Assembly (NCBI GenBank): GCA_041660045.1
Contig: JBAZXA010000003.1
Location: 226,320 to 290,319 of the forward strand
Source of the DNA: Methylococcaceae bacterium
Lineage (GTDB): Bacteria > Pseudomonadota > Gammaproteobacteria > Methylococcales > Methylomonadaceae
Length of the DNA stretch: 64,000 nucleotides
Reading direction: 5' to 3'
Under the pieces are notes generated by a model, which saw nothing but the letters and a program-made list of their open reading frames with translations, did no database searches and had not been told where the DNA came from. The position numbers and the translations under genes are program-made. Below, piece after piece: positions 10,060-19,128 of this stretch (positions are counted from its first letter, which is position 1; every line of letters starts with the position of its first letter).

Positions 10060-10540
10060 GGGGGTACCTCTATAGTTTAAAAAAATGGAAATACAGCAGT
10101 TTTAAATATTCAAGCTTGGGGGAGGTTAATACCCCTGCACTGTGTTTATCTTTACCCATAAATCAACAAGCAGATTATCTAGAACTAGTGAATGTTAAGT
10201 CCTCACTGAATGGATACCGATGGATGAACAGGTGGTGTTAAATTATCACTAAAAAATCACTAAATCAATACAATATTTCACTATAAAATCATGAAATTAT
10301 AATTAAATTTGACACATTTTTGACATGTTTCTGTGGATAAAACTTAGTAAATCATATTTATCATGTATTTAATTTTCAATTTACATTTTGTATTAAGTTT
10401 ATTTGTTTCTAATTAGAAACATTTGTAATGAGCAGTTGTAATTATATTGGGATATTTAACGGATAAACATTTGTGATGTGCATTTATTTACTGAATGCGA
10501 GTCGGTTAACAATTATATTGACGTTTTTTTTAGTAAAAAA

Positions 10541-10567
10541 ACCGCATAGTGTTTATACCTATGCGGT
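10541..10567 (-). terminator. rho-independent terminator downstream of paralogue B
   Basis: Stem ACCGCATAG / CTATGCGGT. On the minus strand it is followed by a T-run (plus-strand AAAAAAA at 10534-10540). Confidence 0.7.
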
Positions 10568-10602
10568 TTTTGATTAAAACATTAGTTCAAGAAAGTCACT
10601 GA

Positions 10603-12186
10603 TTATTCATCATGGTCGTTGTTGTCGTAATTGTCTTCATTACGATTATTTAAAGGTCTGAAAGCATGGCTGTAAACGTAGTTGGCTACGTTATTTCCCT
10701 GGGTAATTCCACCTACTTTGTCAGAGTTCCAATGGATGCCTAAGTAAATTCTACTTTGTCCATTTTCTTCCTCAGCGTCTGACAATGAGGTGAAGCTGCG
10801 TGGTTTCAGGGGTCGTATTTTGCCACTGTTGTCTTTATTTACGCCATTGAACTCGTCTGATACAAAGGAAAAGCTTATGTTGTCAGTACCGTAGAAGTTG
10901 CGTAACATTTGGAACAGAGACCCTCCAAAAGTTGCATGTCCTGATGGATATGCAGGGAATGGCGGGGTAAAATTCGGCCCGGTTAAATTTGTGGCTTGCC
11001 CACCTAATGGGGAAAAATTTGTATCTACAGGTGTGTTTGGGTTGCCGTCTGTATCAGCCCCACGGATACCACCAATTGGTCGCCAACGTTGGTAATACCA
11101 TTTTGAATCCCAACTAGCTATACCAGCATCGGCCATGGAAGTGTTGACTAATGCTAATAATCTAGCCAGTTTCAATGCATTATTGGTGTGTTGAACGCTT
11201 GCAATCTTAACAGCTACTTGATTATACAACCGTGGTGGCGCACACAAGCTAGGCACACCATCATAAGCCCAAAAGATACCGGCTTCTGTTTCATCTTGGG
11301 TACGGATGGTTGGGGTGGTTATGCCATCACCGCCCAAAGCCTTTACTTCATTATAAGCCGTTGTGTACTGAACTGAGTTCAGCTCAGGTGGTGGCGGCAA
11401 GCGAAATTGATTACCTGATGTCATAACAAAAGGTTGTACTTCGCCCCAATGCACACCTAATGCAATGGGTGCACGGCTAATAGGGTCTTGACGCCAAAAA
11501 CCAGGAGCTGGATTAGTGACAAATGTGCCACCTTCTGTGCTAAGCCTTGGTTCTGGTATAGCCGATTGGTCGTTTGCACGTAAGGACAATATTGTGCTGG
11601 CAGACAATTTTCCCAGTTCAATACCGCGTGTTTTTTGTTTGCTGTAAGGGATCTGATGTAAATCCAAGGCCAATTGAGTATCAAAAGTTTTGGTTTGTGA
11701 CGGGTACAAGGCTACAAGGGTGTCGTGCGCAGCCTGGGCAATTGCCGCTCTTCTACTAGTGGCTTTTTTGGCAGGATACAATCCGGTATAGCTTTCATAT
11801 TTATTGTCTATAGCGTTTAAAGCATCAAACATGGCGATATGAACAATACCCATGGCACGGCTAGCACGAGTAGGGCCAAATTGTTCGCCGAAAATACGTG
11901 TTTCGCCAGGTGCTACTGGGGTATGGTCCAAGCCAGTCGCATCAATTGCAATTCGATTCCAATTTCGTAAGTAATTGGTTGGTGTATTTTTAACAGCGCC
12001 AGTTCTCACATAGGAGTTTTCATGATTTCCGTAGAAACCAGATTCAGTATCTATATGGTTACCTAATGCCTCTTTAGCACCGCCTTCAAAGCCTTTAAAT
12101 TCTTTAGACCAAGCAGTTGAAGTTATGGCTAAGCCACTGACAGCAACAGCCAAAATGGCTAATCGCTGTAAAAGTTTAACTTTCAT
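10603..12186 (-). CDS. secreted PAP2-superfamily / vanadium-dependent haloperoxidase-like protein (paralogue B)
   Basis: 527 aa and collinear with 8476-10059. Motifs KWYYQRWRP, PAYPSGHATFGG and SRIYLGIHWNSD, plus a signal peptide. Confidence 0.8.
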   Translation of the reverse strand: MKVKLLQRLAILAVAVSGLAITSTAWSKEFKGFEGGAKEALGNHIDTESGFYGNHENSYVRTGAVKNTPTNYLRNWNRIAIDATGLDHTPVAPGETRIFGEQFGPTRASRAMGIVHIAMFDALNAIDNKYESYTGLYPAKKATSRRAAIAQAAHDTLVALYPSQTKTFDTQLALDLHQIPYSKQKTRGIELGKLSASTILSLRANDQSAIPEPRLSTEGGTFVTNPAPGFWRQDPISRAPIALGVHWGEVQPFVMTSGNQFRLPPPPELNSVQYTTAYNEVKALGGDGITTPTIRTQDETEAGIFWAYDGVPSLCAPPRLYNQVAVKIASVQHTNNALKLARLLALVNTSMADAGIASWDSKWYYQRWRPIGGIRGADTDGNPNTPVDTNFSPLGGQATNLTGPNFTPPFPAYPSGHATFGGSLFQMLRNFYGTDNISFSFVSDEFNGVNKDNSGKIRPLKPRSFTSLSDAEEENGQSRIYLGIHWNSDKVGGITQGNNVANYVYSHAFRPLNNRNEDNYDNNDHDE

Positions 12187-12834
12187 GGAGTGTTCCTTAT
12201 TAAGTTTTAGAAATATGTCGGATTTAAATATTCAGGCCTAACGGTTGTGAACAAGTTTGCCTTAATATTAATTAATATTTGCTAACTATTTAACTAAGTG
12301 GCTGTATAAGAGAGCAAATTCCCTGTTGCCTACGTTTAGGTTGTAGGTGTTCAGGTGGCAATAAAGTATCACGCAAATATCACTAGAACAACTCAAAATA
12401 GTACGTAATATTTCACACAATTTATTCGTGACTTCGCGTATATTTTATGAGATTGTTTGAAAATTTTTTTCTTAAAAACAATTTATTAGTTTATGTATTC
12501 TATAAAGAAATAAATAATAAACTGGGTTAGGCACAATTTATGGGTATGTAATATTTCGTGATATTCAGGCAAATAATAGGGGGTATTAGTATTAAATTTA
12601 TCACAATAGCTAACCTAGTTTGGCTGCTTTCTAGTGTTCAATTTGAGGGTAGTAGAATTTAGACAAAATGACAAAGAGGCTATACGCAGGGGTGATTGCC
12701 TACGGTTTGTAACGGTAACGGCCTATTCGGCTAAAGATACAATTTTTAGTAACAAGGTAATATGATCTTCGGCTTCTAGAGGCCGAAAATGTCCGGTCTG
12801 TTTAAGGCATAGGTATATTTATCTAGCATAGAGA

Positions 12835-13530
12835 TTAGCGGTAATTAATAGATAATATTCCTGATAAAACTTCTTGGCGGTTGTTGTATTGCATTTGAAT
12901 GCCAAAACCTAGGCTAGTATCGTGCGATAGGCTATAAAAAAATTGGTAATTAGAGCCGCTAATATTATTGGTGCCACTAAGAAAATCGTATTGAAGTTTC
13001 CAGCGATTATTGATGGGCACTATTAAATTGCCACTGATACCCACAGAGTTATAACCTGCAAACCATTGATTGGCGTAATAAGCACCTAAACCTAGGTTTA
13101 TATTGTAGATTAGCGTACTGCCTGTAATATAGTTGTAGCTGTTTATGCCATTACCAACATTTTTTGCAGTTAATGCCCAGCCTATATTTGTACCGGCTAA
13201 AATAGAGAACCTGGGATGCAGAGTAATACTTTTTTCCACATTAATTAATACGGGAATACTGTAATCTTGAAAGCTGTCCAGGGGAAAATTAAAAACGCCT
13301 AAGCCTATATCCCAATTATCAGTTAAACCAAAATCAAACGTCGTGGTGGCTAAGGCAACCGGTACGTCGGCATAAAAATTAAAATCCTCATGCACCGATA
13401 AGACATTTTCCAATGTATCTGTGATGTCCGGCAGATTAATATGCGCTTTTCGTTTAGTTTGTGCCTGTGCTGTTTGCCCAACGCCCCAGATTAAAAAACC
13501 AAGAAAAAATAGACTGCGCGGTATAGACAT
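12835..13530 (-). CDS. putative outer-membrane beta-barrel protein
   Basis: Signal peptide ending AQAQ, then alternating hydrophobic/polar strands rich in G, N and Y. I recognised no named family. Confidence 0.5.
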   Translation of the reverse strand: MSIPRSLFFLGFLIWGVGQTAQAQTKRKAHINLPDITDTLENVLSVHEDFNFYADVPVALATTTFDFGLTDNWDIGLGVFNFPLDSFQDYSIPVLINVEKSITLHPRFSILAGTNIGWALTAKNVGNGINSYNYITGSTLIYNINLGLGAYYANQWFAGYNSVGISGNLIVPINNRWKLQYDFLSGTNNISGSNYQFFYSLSHDTSLGFGIQMQYNNRQEVLSGILSINYR

Positions 13531-13783
13531 TAAGCCTCAATGTTTTAGGGCTGTGTTTGTTAATTTCAGTTGGCCTAGTTAATAGCTATTCGTTTGCCTT
13601 GTAAAGCATATCAGGCCAAATTAACAAATATTGATAGGGTAAAATAAGCTGTAGGCGCTTTGATGCTATTGTTTACTGCCTGATACGCAAAAACCTGTGT
13701 GGTGTTTACGCCCAAGCAGTAAAGCTGGATAGAACCCGCACCCTAAATACTAAGGTGTGGTGGGTAGCAAATATCAATTTCAG

Positions 13784-15445
13784 TTAGGCGTTAGTAGGGT
13801 CTGCAAATTTAAGCAAATTCCTAAAAATAACAGTCTTGTCACCGCCAAGCATAGGCTCCCAAGTTTCAGGGGCGGCATTAACATAGGATTGCATATCGGC
13901 ATCTAGTAAGCCATAAAACACTTCGGCGACAATACGTCCGCCAACCCAACCTAGCTGAGTTTTTGCGCCTATACCTGTAAGCATTTTCGTTTCATTAAAG
14001 TCTTTGTCACCAAAATGTTCAACCAAAGGTGCTTGCGCTTCCGCAAGAATATAAAACCAAAGCGGGGTGTCTTCGACCAGTTCAGGTTCTATGGGCAAAA
14101 ACTTAAAATCCCCACTTTTCTCACTGGGTTGGCGGATTACCATATGCTTTTTTTGTAAGATTTTACAAGGCAGCCCTTTTTCTATGAGTACGTTTGCAAT
14201 GGCCTGGCCACCTTGTATAAGGTAAGTATTTCCGCGTAAAAGATTAAGTAGGGCTAAAGATGGGCGTGGCGGTTCACCAACTTTATCTGGCAGGGTTTCC
14301 GGTGCAATGGCGGCGGCTGCTTGTTGCGTCGTTTGTTCCCCTGCAACCTCCTTGCGTGGCAAAACCGCTAATGGGTCTACTAGGGTTGGATCGAGCTTAT
14401 AAGCAAATTGCAGGCGGACATTGCCATCTGGGGTTCTATCTGCTGCTTGGCTTCGGTCTTCTTGAGGTTCAAAATTAATATCATGGGCTTGGTCTGGGAA
14501 AAACCTCCCCCAATGGTCTATCACTTGAGTACTGGGTACAGGGTCAAAACCTAGGAGGCTTTCTGAACCTGCCAAATCTGTTGGATCTCCGCTGGCTGGA
14601 AAAATATCAAAGCGATTTGTCGGCACATAATTCATGCGGTAGCCGGTTCTAACACCTGAATGGCCGAAACGGTAAGCCGCGGCAACAAATTCACGCGGTA
14701 GATTTCCGCGTTTATCTTCAGTGTATAAGGCATAACAACAAGCCCTATCATTAGGTTTTTTTGCTTGCAAATTGCTGAGTACAGCAGCTGAAATAATTCG
14801 AGGAAGAAAGTCTTCGGTGATGAGTTTTTGGTAACACCAGCGCACTTCATTTTGGGCCGATTCAAAAAGTTTGTTGGGGGTATTCCAGTCTTCTGGACTT
14901 AAGGTTTTAAGCTGATCAACAACAGCATTGTGATATTTAATAAAGGCCAAATGGATTTGGCTGACGATAGAGTTTTCATCATTACGTTTATCTCCGATGA
15001 TTGCTCTTCCTAACGGGTTTCTGAGCAGGTCTTTTTCTGCAACGTTTGTTGGCTCCCCAGGTAAATGGCCGTTTTTATAAAGCAATTTTACACCATCATA
15101 CATATAGGGTTGTGCGTCTGGGCCATCACCATATAGGCAATCTAAGTCTAGCCTGGGTGTTCTAAGATTAGTAGGTTGTGGGCCTCCTTTGCTAGAGTTT
15201 AGCGTAGAGGTGCTATCAAATGTTAAGTCATGATCGATAAATTGGCCAAAGTATGTATATCCGGCCGGGACTAATATATTTTCTTCTGGATCAGGGCCAT
15301 CTTTTACGGTATCTGCCTCACCTTTCATTGCCTGAGCAAGTCTGGCTAGGGCACGTGGGTTATAGGGATGTTTTCTGAGGGGTAATAATGCTGTGAAAGA
15401 TGCTTCATGTTTACCAACTGTACCATGGCCTAGCTCATTCATCAT
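13784..15445 (-). CDS. haem peroxidase of the peroxidase-cyclooxygenase (animal haem peroxidase) superfamily
   Basis: FGQFIDHDLT (distal His), GDKRNDENS and AAYRFGHS (proximal His). No obvious signal peptide. Confidence 0.8.
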   Translation of the reverse strand: MMNELGHGTVGKHEASFTALLPLRKHPYNPRALARLAQAMKGEADTVKDGPDPEENILVPAGYTYFGQFIDHDLTFDSTSTLNSSKGGPQPTNLRTPRLDLDCLYGDGPDAQPYMYDGVKLLYKNGHLPGEPTNVAEKDLLRNPLGRAIIGDKRNDENSIVSQIHLAFIKYHNAVVDQLKTLSPEDWNTPNKLFESAQNEVRWCYQKLITEDFLPRIISAAVLSNLQAKKPNDRACCYALYTEDKRGNLPREFVAAAYRFGHSGVRTGYRMNYVPTNRFDIFPASGDPTDLAGSESLLGFDPVPSTQVIDHWGRFFPDQAHDINFEPQEDRSQAADRTPDGNVRLQFAYKLDPTLVDPLAVLPRKEVAGEQTTQQAAAAIAPETLPDKVGEPPRPSLALLNLLRGNTYLIQGGQAIANVLIEKGLPCKILQKKHMVIRQPSEKSGDFKFLPIEPELVEDTPLWFYILAEAQAPLVEHFGDKDFNETKMLTGIGAKTQLGWVGGRIVAEVFYGLLDADMQSYVNAAPETWEPMLGGDKTVIFRNLLKFADPTNA

Positions 15446-16241
15446 TTTCTCCTGGTTTAGGTAATTTCAATTGTGGTTGTTTATGAGTTGTTTTTTTGGT
15501 ATTCAACGCCAGCATATCCAATACCTTATTTTGGTATGGAGTATTAATTAACTGAAAATATTAAAAAACTATGCTAAACAAAGGCCACTATTGTGGATTA
15601 CACCACAGAACTTTGTAGACTTATGAACTTCGTTAAAGCATTAAGCGCTGGAATTTTAGGTTTTATGGCGTCAAACGAGCCACTATGGTTTTTGCTAAGG
15701 GGATAAAGGGTTTAAACAAAAATACTTGTCCCCAACTTTATAACCTTTGCTAATCAAGTACTTGTTAATAAAATTATTTTAATTGTTACCAACGGTAAAG
15801 CGTTGATCGCGTGAACAGCTTACTTTCCGCCAAAATGACAGCTGGATGAGATTAGCTAGGGGCATAAACCAAGTTTTAAAAGAGACTGATTAGCACAGCC
15901 GCGGTTTAAAAACCACGTGCGCGTAAGGCACTAAAAAATCGTGAAAATTTCGTAATAATTTAGTGAATAATTACAAAAAAATCAAAATTTATTTTGGGGA
16001 AGGCTTTTATGAATATTATTTTGTATTTGTTTGTTAAAGCAATGCCCAATTTTTTGTCATAAAGGGTCGGCATTCCAAGGCTAAATTCAGCAAAGCATGA
16101 TTGGGGAATGCCTTAATAATGTCAAACATTTAACAAAACGACAGCGTTTTTTATTCCAGATACTGGCACTAATATGAGTGCTTAGGCCAGTGCAAATTTT
16201 TAGTTTTTGAACTTAATGCTGAACAATTTAGGGTGCTTAAA

Positions 16242-16557
16242 ATGAATACCCACACAAATACTAAAAAACATCTTAAGTTTTATCTGACGTTAAGTTTTTT
16301 TCATTGATTATTGGAAGTGCAGCCATTTCGCCCAATGTGATGAAAATGATCAAGGGGCAGTCTTTACCATGACCAACGCTCCAACCGGCAACGCGGTGCT
16401 TATGTATAAACGCGATCAGGCCGGAACATTACAAGCCGGATTGAGCTTTTTTACGGTTGGTAAAGGGTCGGGAGGTCGTGAACCGGATTTTGGGTTAGGC
16501 AATGCGGGTGCATTAGTACTAAATGAGGCAACAGCCTGCGTTAAGCATACAGCCTAA
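16242..16557 (+). pseudogene. remnant of a beta-propeller (lactonase-like) secreted protein
   Basis: AVFTMTNAPTGNAVLMYKRDQAGTLQ...GKGSGG...GLGNAGALVL resembles the first blade of 7-bladed-propeller lactonase-family proteins. Only about 60 aa remain, and the upstream leader is out of frame. Confidence 0.35.
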
Positions 16558-16684
16558 ATTTTCTAAGCCAGATTATTAACTGATGTGTTCACTTTTAGAA
16601 TGACCATATAACTATCATATAATATTAATATAATTAACATTTTATGATAGTATTTTAATTTTTAATTAATGCCTAAAATTCCCA

Positions 16685-16873
16685 ATGGAAACTAATACTG
16701 CCCGTTTAACTTTGTTGATCGACCCAGAAAAAAAACGGCAATTCGAGCAGATTTGCACCGCCCAGGATTTAACATCGTCTCAAGTAGTGCGCAAAATGAT
16801 CAGGGATTACATTGACCAGCATTCTGATTTAATTGACCTAAAAAAATTGGCAGAAGAACGCATTGACAGTTGA
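16685..16873 (+). CDS. ribbon-helix-helix (CopG/Arc-type) protein, antitoxin-like
   Basis: ARLTLLIDPEKKRQFEQICTAQDLTSSQVVRKMIRDYI shows the beta-strand/helix/helix pattern. The stop overlaps the start of the downstream GNAT reading frame. Confidence 0.55.
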   Translation: METNTARLTLLIDPEKKRQFEQICTAQDLTSSQVVRKMIRDYIDQHSDLIDLKKLAEERIDS

Positions 16874-17245
16874 GATTGCTACCTTACAAGGCAAGGATTT
16901 TTCTGCCACCAATGCCCTGTGGAATTTTACTAAGGGCATCATTTTGCGGGAGGTAGGCTATCCTGAAAACTTTAAGCGTTTACTGGAGAGAAACCTAAAC
17001 TGCTGTTTTGCGGCTGGGCAAAACTATAAACTATTGGTCGGTACCCTACTTGCAGGCCAAGAAAGCAGACGAGGCTACTATATCATTTAGCGGTCAAGCG
17101 CAGTTTTGATAGGCAAAGTACAGGCCGGCGGCTAGTTGAAAAATCGTTATCGGCCATGCCGGCGCAAAGGTCCAATAAACGCCATGCCTATGTCAAACAA
17201 CACAATGTTACGGCTTCTGTGTTTAGGAAAATAGGGATGGGATAG
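16863..17245 (+). pseudogene. GNAT-family N-acetyltransferase, frameshifted
   Basis: Frame 1 reads (TTG)MTVEIATLQGKDFSATNALW...LVGTLLAGQESRRGYYII and stops. Frame 2 continues HLAVKRSFDRQSTGRRLVEKSLSAM...HNVTASVFRKIGMG. Together they make a complete GNAT fold broken near 17085. Confidence 0.5.
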
Positions 17246-17402
17246 GCGGTTGGATATCTGTGTTTATTCGTCTCTTAATTATTGACTACACGGCACAAAA
17301 AATGGATACACATCGCAAGATATGCTGTGGAGCATATTCTAAGCAAATACTAAACTCGCTAGCTTAGGTGCTTCGGGTCATCTTGAAAGGACTGAAATCC
17401 CT

Positions 17403-18998
17403 ATGAATAAATCTGCTCTGCCCACACTTGAACAAACTGGTTTGGCTAGCTTAAAAGAGAACTGGAAAGCGGACTTACGGTCTGGTTTTCTGGTGTTTTT
17501 AATTGCTTTACCGTTAAGCCTTGGGGTTGCTATCGCTGCTGGCTTTCCGCCGTCGGCAGGCCTTATTTCCGCTATAGTCGGGGGTTTATTGGTGTCACGG
17601 ATTAGCGGCTCACACCTAACAATTAACGGCCCGGCTGCAGGATTAATAGTTGTTATATTAGCAGCCGTGCAAGCCTTGGGCGAAGGCGATGCCTTGGCTG
17701 GATACGGCTATACCTTGGCGGCAATTGTTGTCTCCGGTGCTTTACAAATAGTGATGGGGAAATTTAAGGCAGGCCAGTTAAGTGCCTTTTTCCCCGCATC
17801 CGTGGTGCATGGCATGTTAGCTGCGATTGGTCTGATCATCATTGCCACCCAAAGCCATGTTATGTTGGGTGTCACACCAGATTCCAGCAGCCTGTTTTCG
17901 ACTATCTTACAAATTCCGCATAGTGTGCTTAACATTGAGCCGGAAATTTTTCTTATCAGCTTTTTAAGCTTATTGATACTGGTTATTTGGCCGCTAGTCG
18001 GAAGCAACGTTCCAGCACCTATCATTGTAGTGCTGGTGGGTATGTTGTTCGCGTGGCATTTTGATTTGGGTCACGTTAGGGCTGCTAACGGATCGAAATT
18101 CCTGGTGTCGATTTCCGATAATTTTTCGGCCGACTTTTACTTCCCTGACTTCTCCAAATTTTTCACCGTCGCCTTTTGGGAAGCAGTTGTCAGTATCAGT
18201 TTGGTGGGCAGCCTGGAAACATTGTTGAGTGCTACAGCAGTTGATAAATTGGATCCTTATAAACGCACTTGTGATCTTGACCGTGATTTAAGCGCAGTGG
18301 GGATCGGCAATATGGTGGCTGGTTTTATAGGTGGCTTTCCCATGATTGCTGAAATTGTCCGTAGCTCAGAGAATGTTAATAATGGGGCAAAAACTAACTG
18401 GGCGAATTTTTTTCATGGCGTCTGTTTGTTACTGTTTTTAGTCTTGTTTCCAGGATTGATCCAGAGCATCCCCTTGGCTTCATTAGCGGCGGTATTAGTT
18501 GTTACCGGCTATCGTTTGGCTTCGCCCAAAGTATTTGCCAGGGTCATGGATGTTGGCAAAGAACAGTTGTTAATGTTTGTGGTCACCATTATCGGCGTGT
18601 TGGCGGTCGATTTATTGGCAGGCGTCGCCCTGGGCATAGTGGTAAAGCTGGCTATTAACCTTAAGCGGGGCGTTTGGCTTAGCAATTTGTTTAAGATTCA
18701 TTTTACCGTTCGGCAACCCGATAATAATACATTGCTGATCACGTTGTCCGGTTCGGCATTGTTTTCAAACTTCTTGCCGTTAAAAAATGCGCTTGCAGGC
18801 CTTGAACCCGGCAAAACGATTATTTTTGATTTTACAGACGGTTACCTAATCGATCATACCGTTATGGAATTTATCCACGATTTTAGTCTGGACTATGAAG
18901 CTCAGGGCGGACATTGTCAGACTATAGGTAAAGCGTTGGCAACCTCTTCTGATCACGCGCTAGCTGCACGCTTAATGACAGCGGATGATAGGCAATGA
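17403..18998 (+). CDS. SulP-family inorganic anion transporter with C-terminal STAS domain
   Basis: 531 aa with multiple TM helices. The N-terminus (DLRSGFLVFLIALPLSLGVAIAAGFPP) and the cytoplasmic STAS-like tail are typical of SulP. Confidence 0.85.
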   Translation: MNKSALPTLEQTGLASLKENWKADLRSGFLVFLIALPLSLGVAIAAGFPPSAGLISAIVGGLLVSRISGSHLTINGPAAGLIVVILAAVQALGEGDALAGYGYTLAAIVVSGALQIVMGKFKAGQLSAFFPASVVHGMLAAIGLIIIATQSHVMLGVTPDSSSLFSTILQIPHSVLNIEPEIFLISFLSLLILVIWPLVGSNVPAPIIVVLVGMLFAWHFDLGHVRAANGSKFLVSISDNFSADFYFPDFSKFFTVAFWEAVVSISLVGSLETLLSATAVDKLDPYKRTCDLDRDLSAVGIGNMVAGFIGGFPMIAEIVRSSENVNNGAKTNWANFFHGVCLLLFLVLFPGLIQSIPLASLAAVLVVTGYRLASPKVFARVMDVGKEQLLMFVVTIIGVLAVDLLAGVALGIVVKLAINLKRGVWLSNLFKIHFTVRQPDNNTLLITLSGSALFSNFLPLKNALAGLEPGKTIIFDFTDGYLIDHTVMEFIHDFSLDYEAQGGHCQTIGKALATSSDHALAARLMTADDRQ

Positions 18999-19128
18999 TT
19001 ATTGTGGCTTGAGTCATGCCATGAAAACTAGCGTATGACAAGCGCCATTAAAGTTACCCTGTCACTAAAAAACCTTAATTGAGAAGTTCATGATCCTTAG
19101 TTTAAACGCTTACCTTATAAAGCTTGGA

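Noticed and set aside
12600-12834. Structured-looking GC-richer patch with the hairpin TTCGGC-N8-GCCGAA (about 12766-12787) downstream of the OM-barrel gene, considered as a possible sRNA, riboswitch or terminator.
   Set aside because: The stem is short, no T-run follows on either strand, and I recognised no known RNA family signature. The evidence is insufficient.
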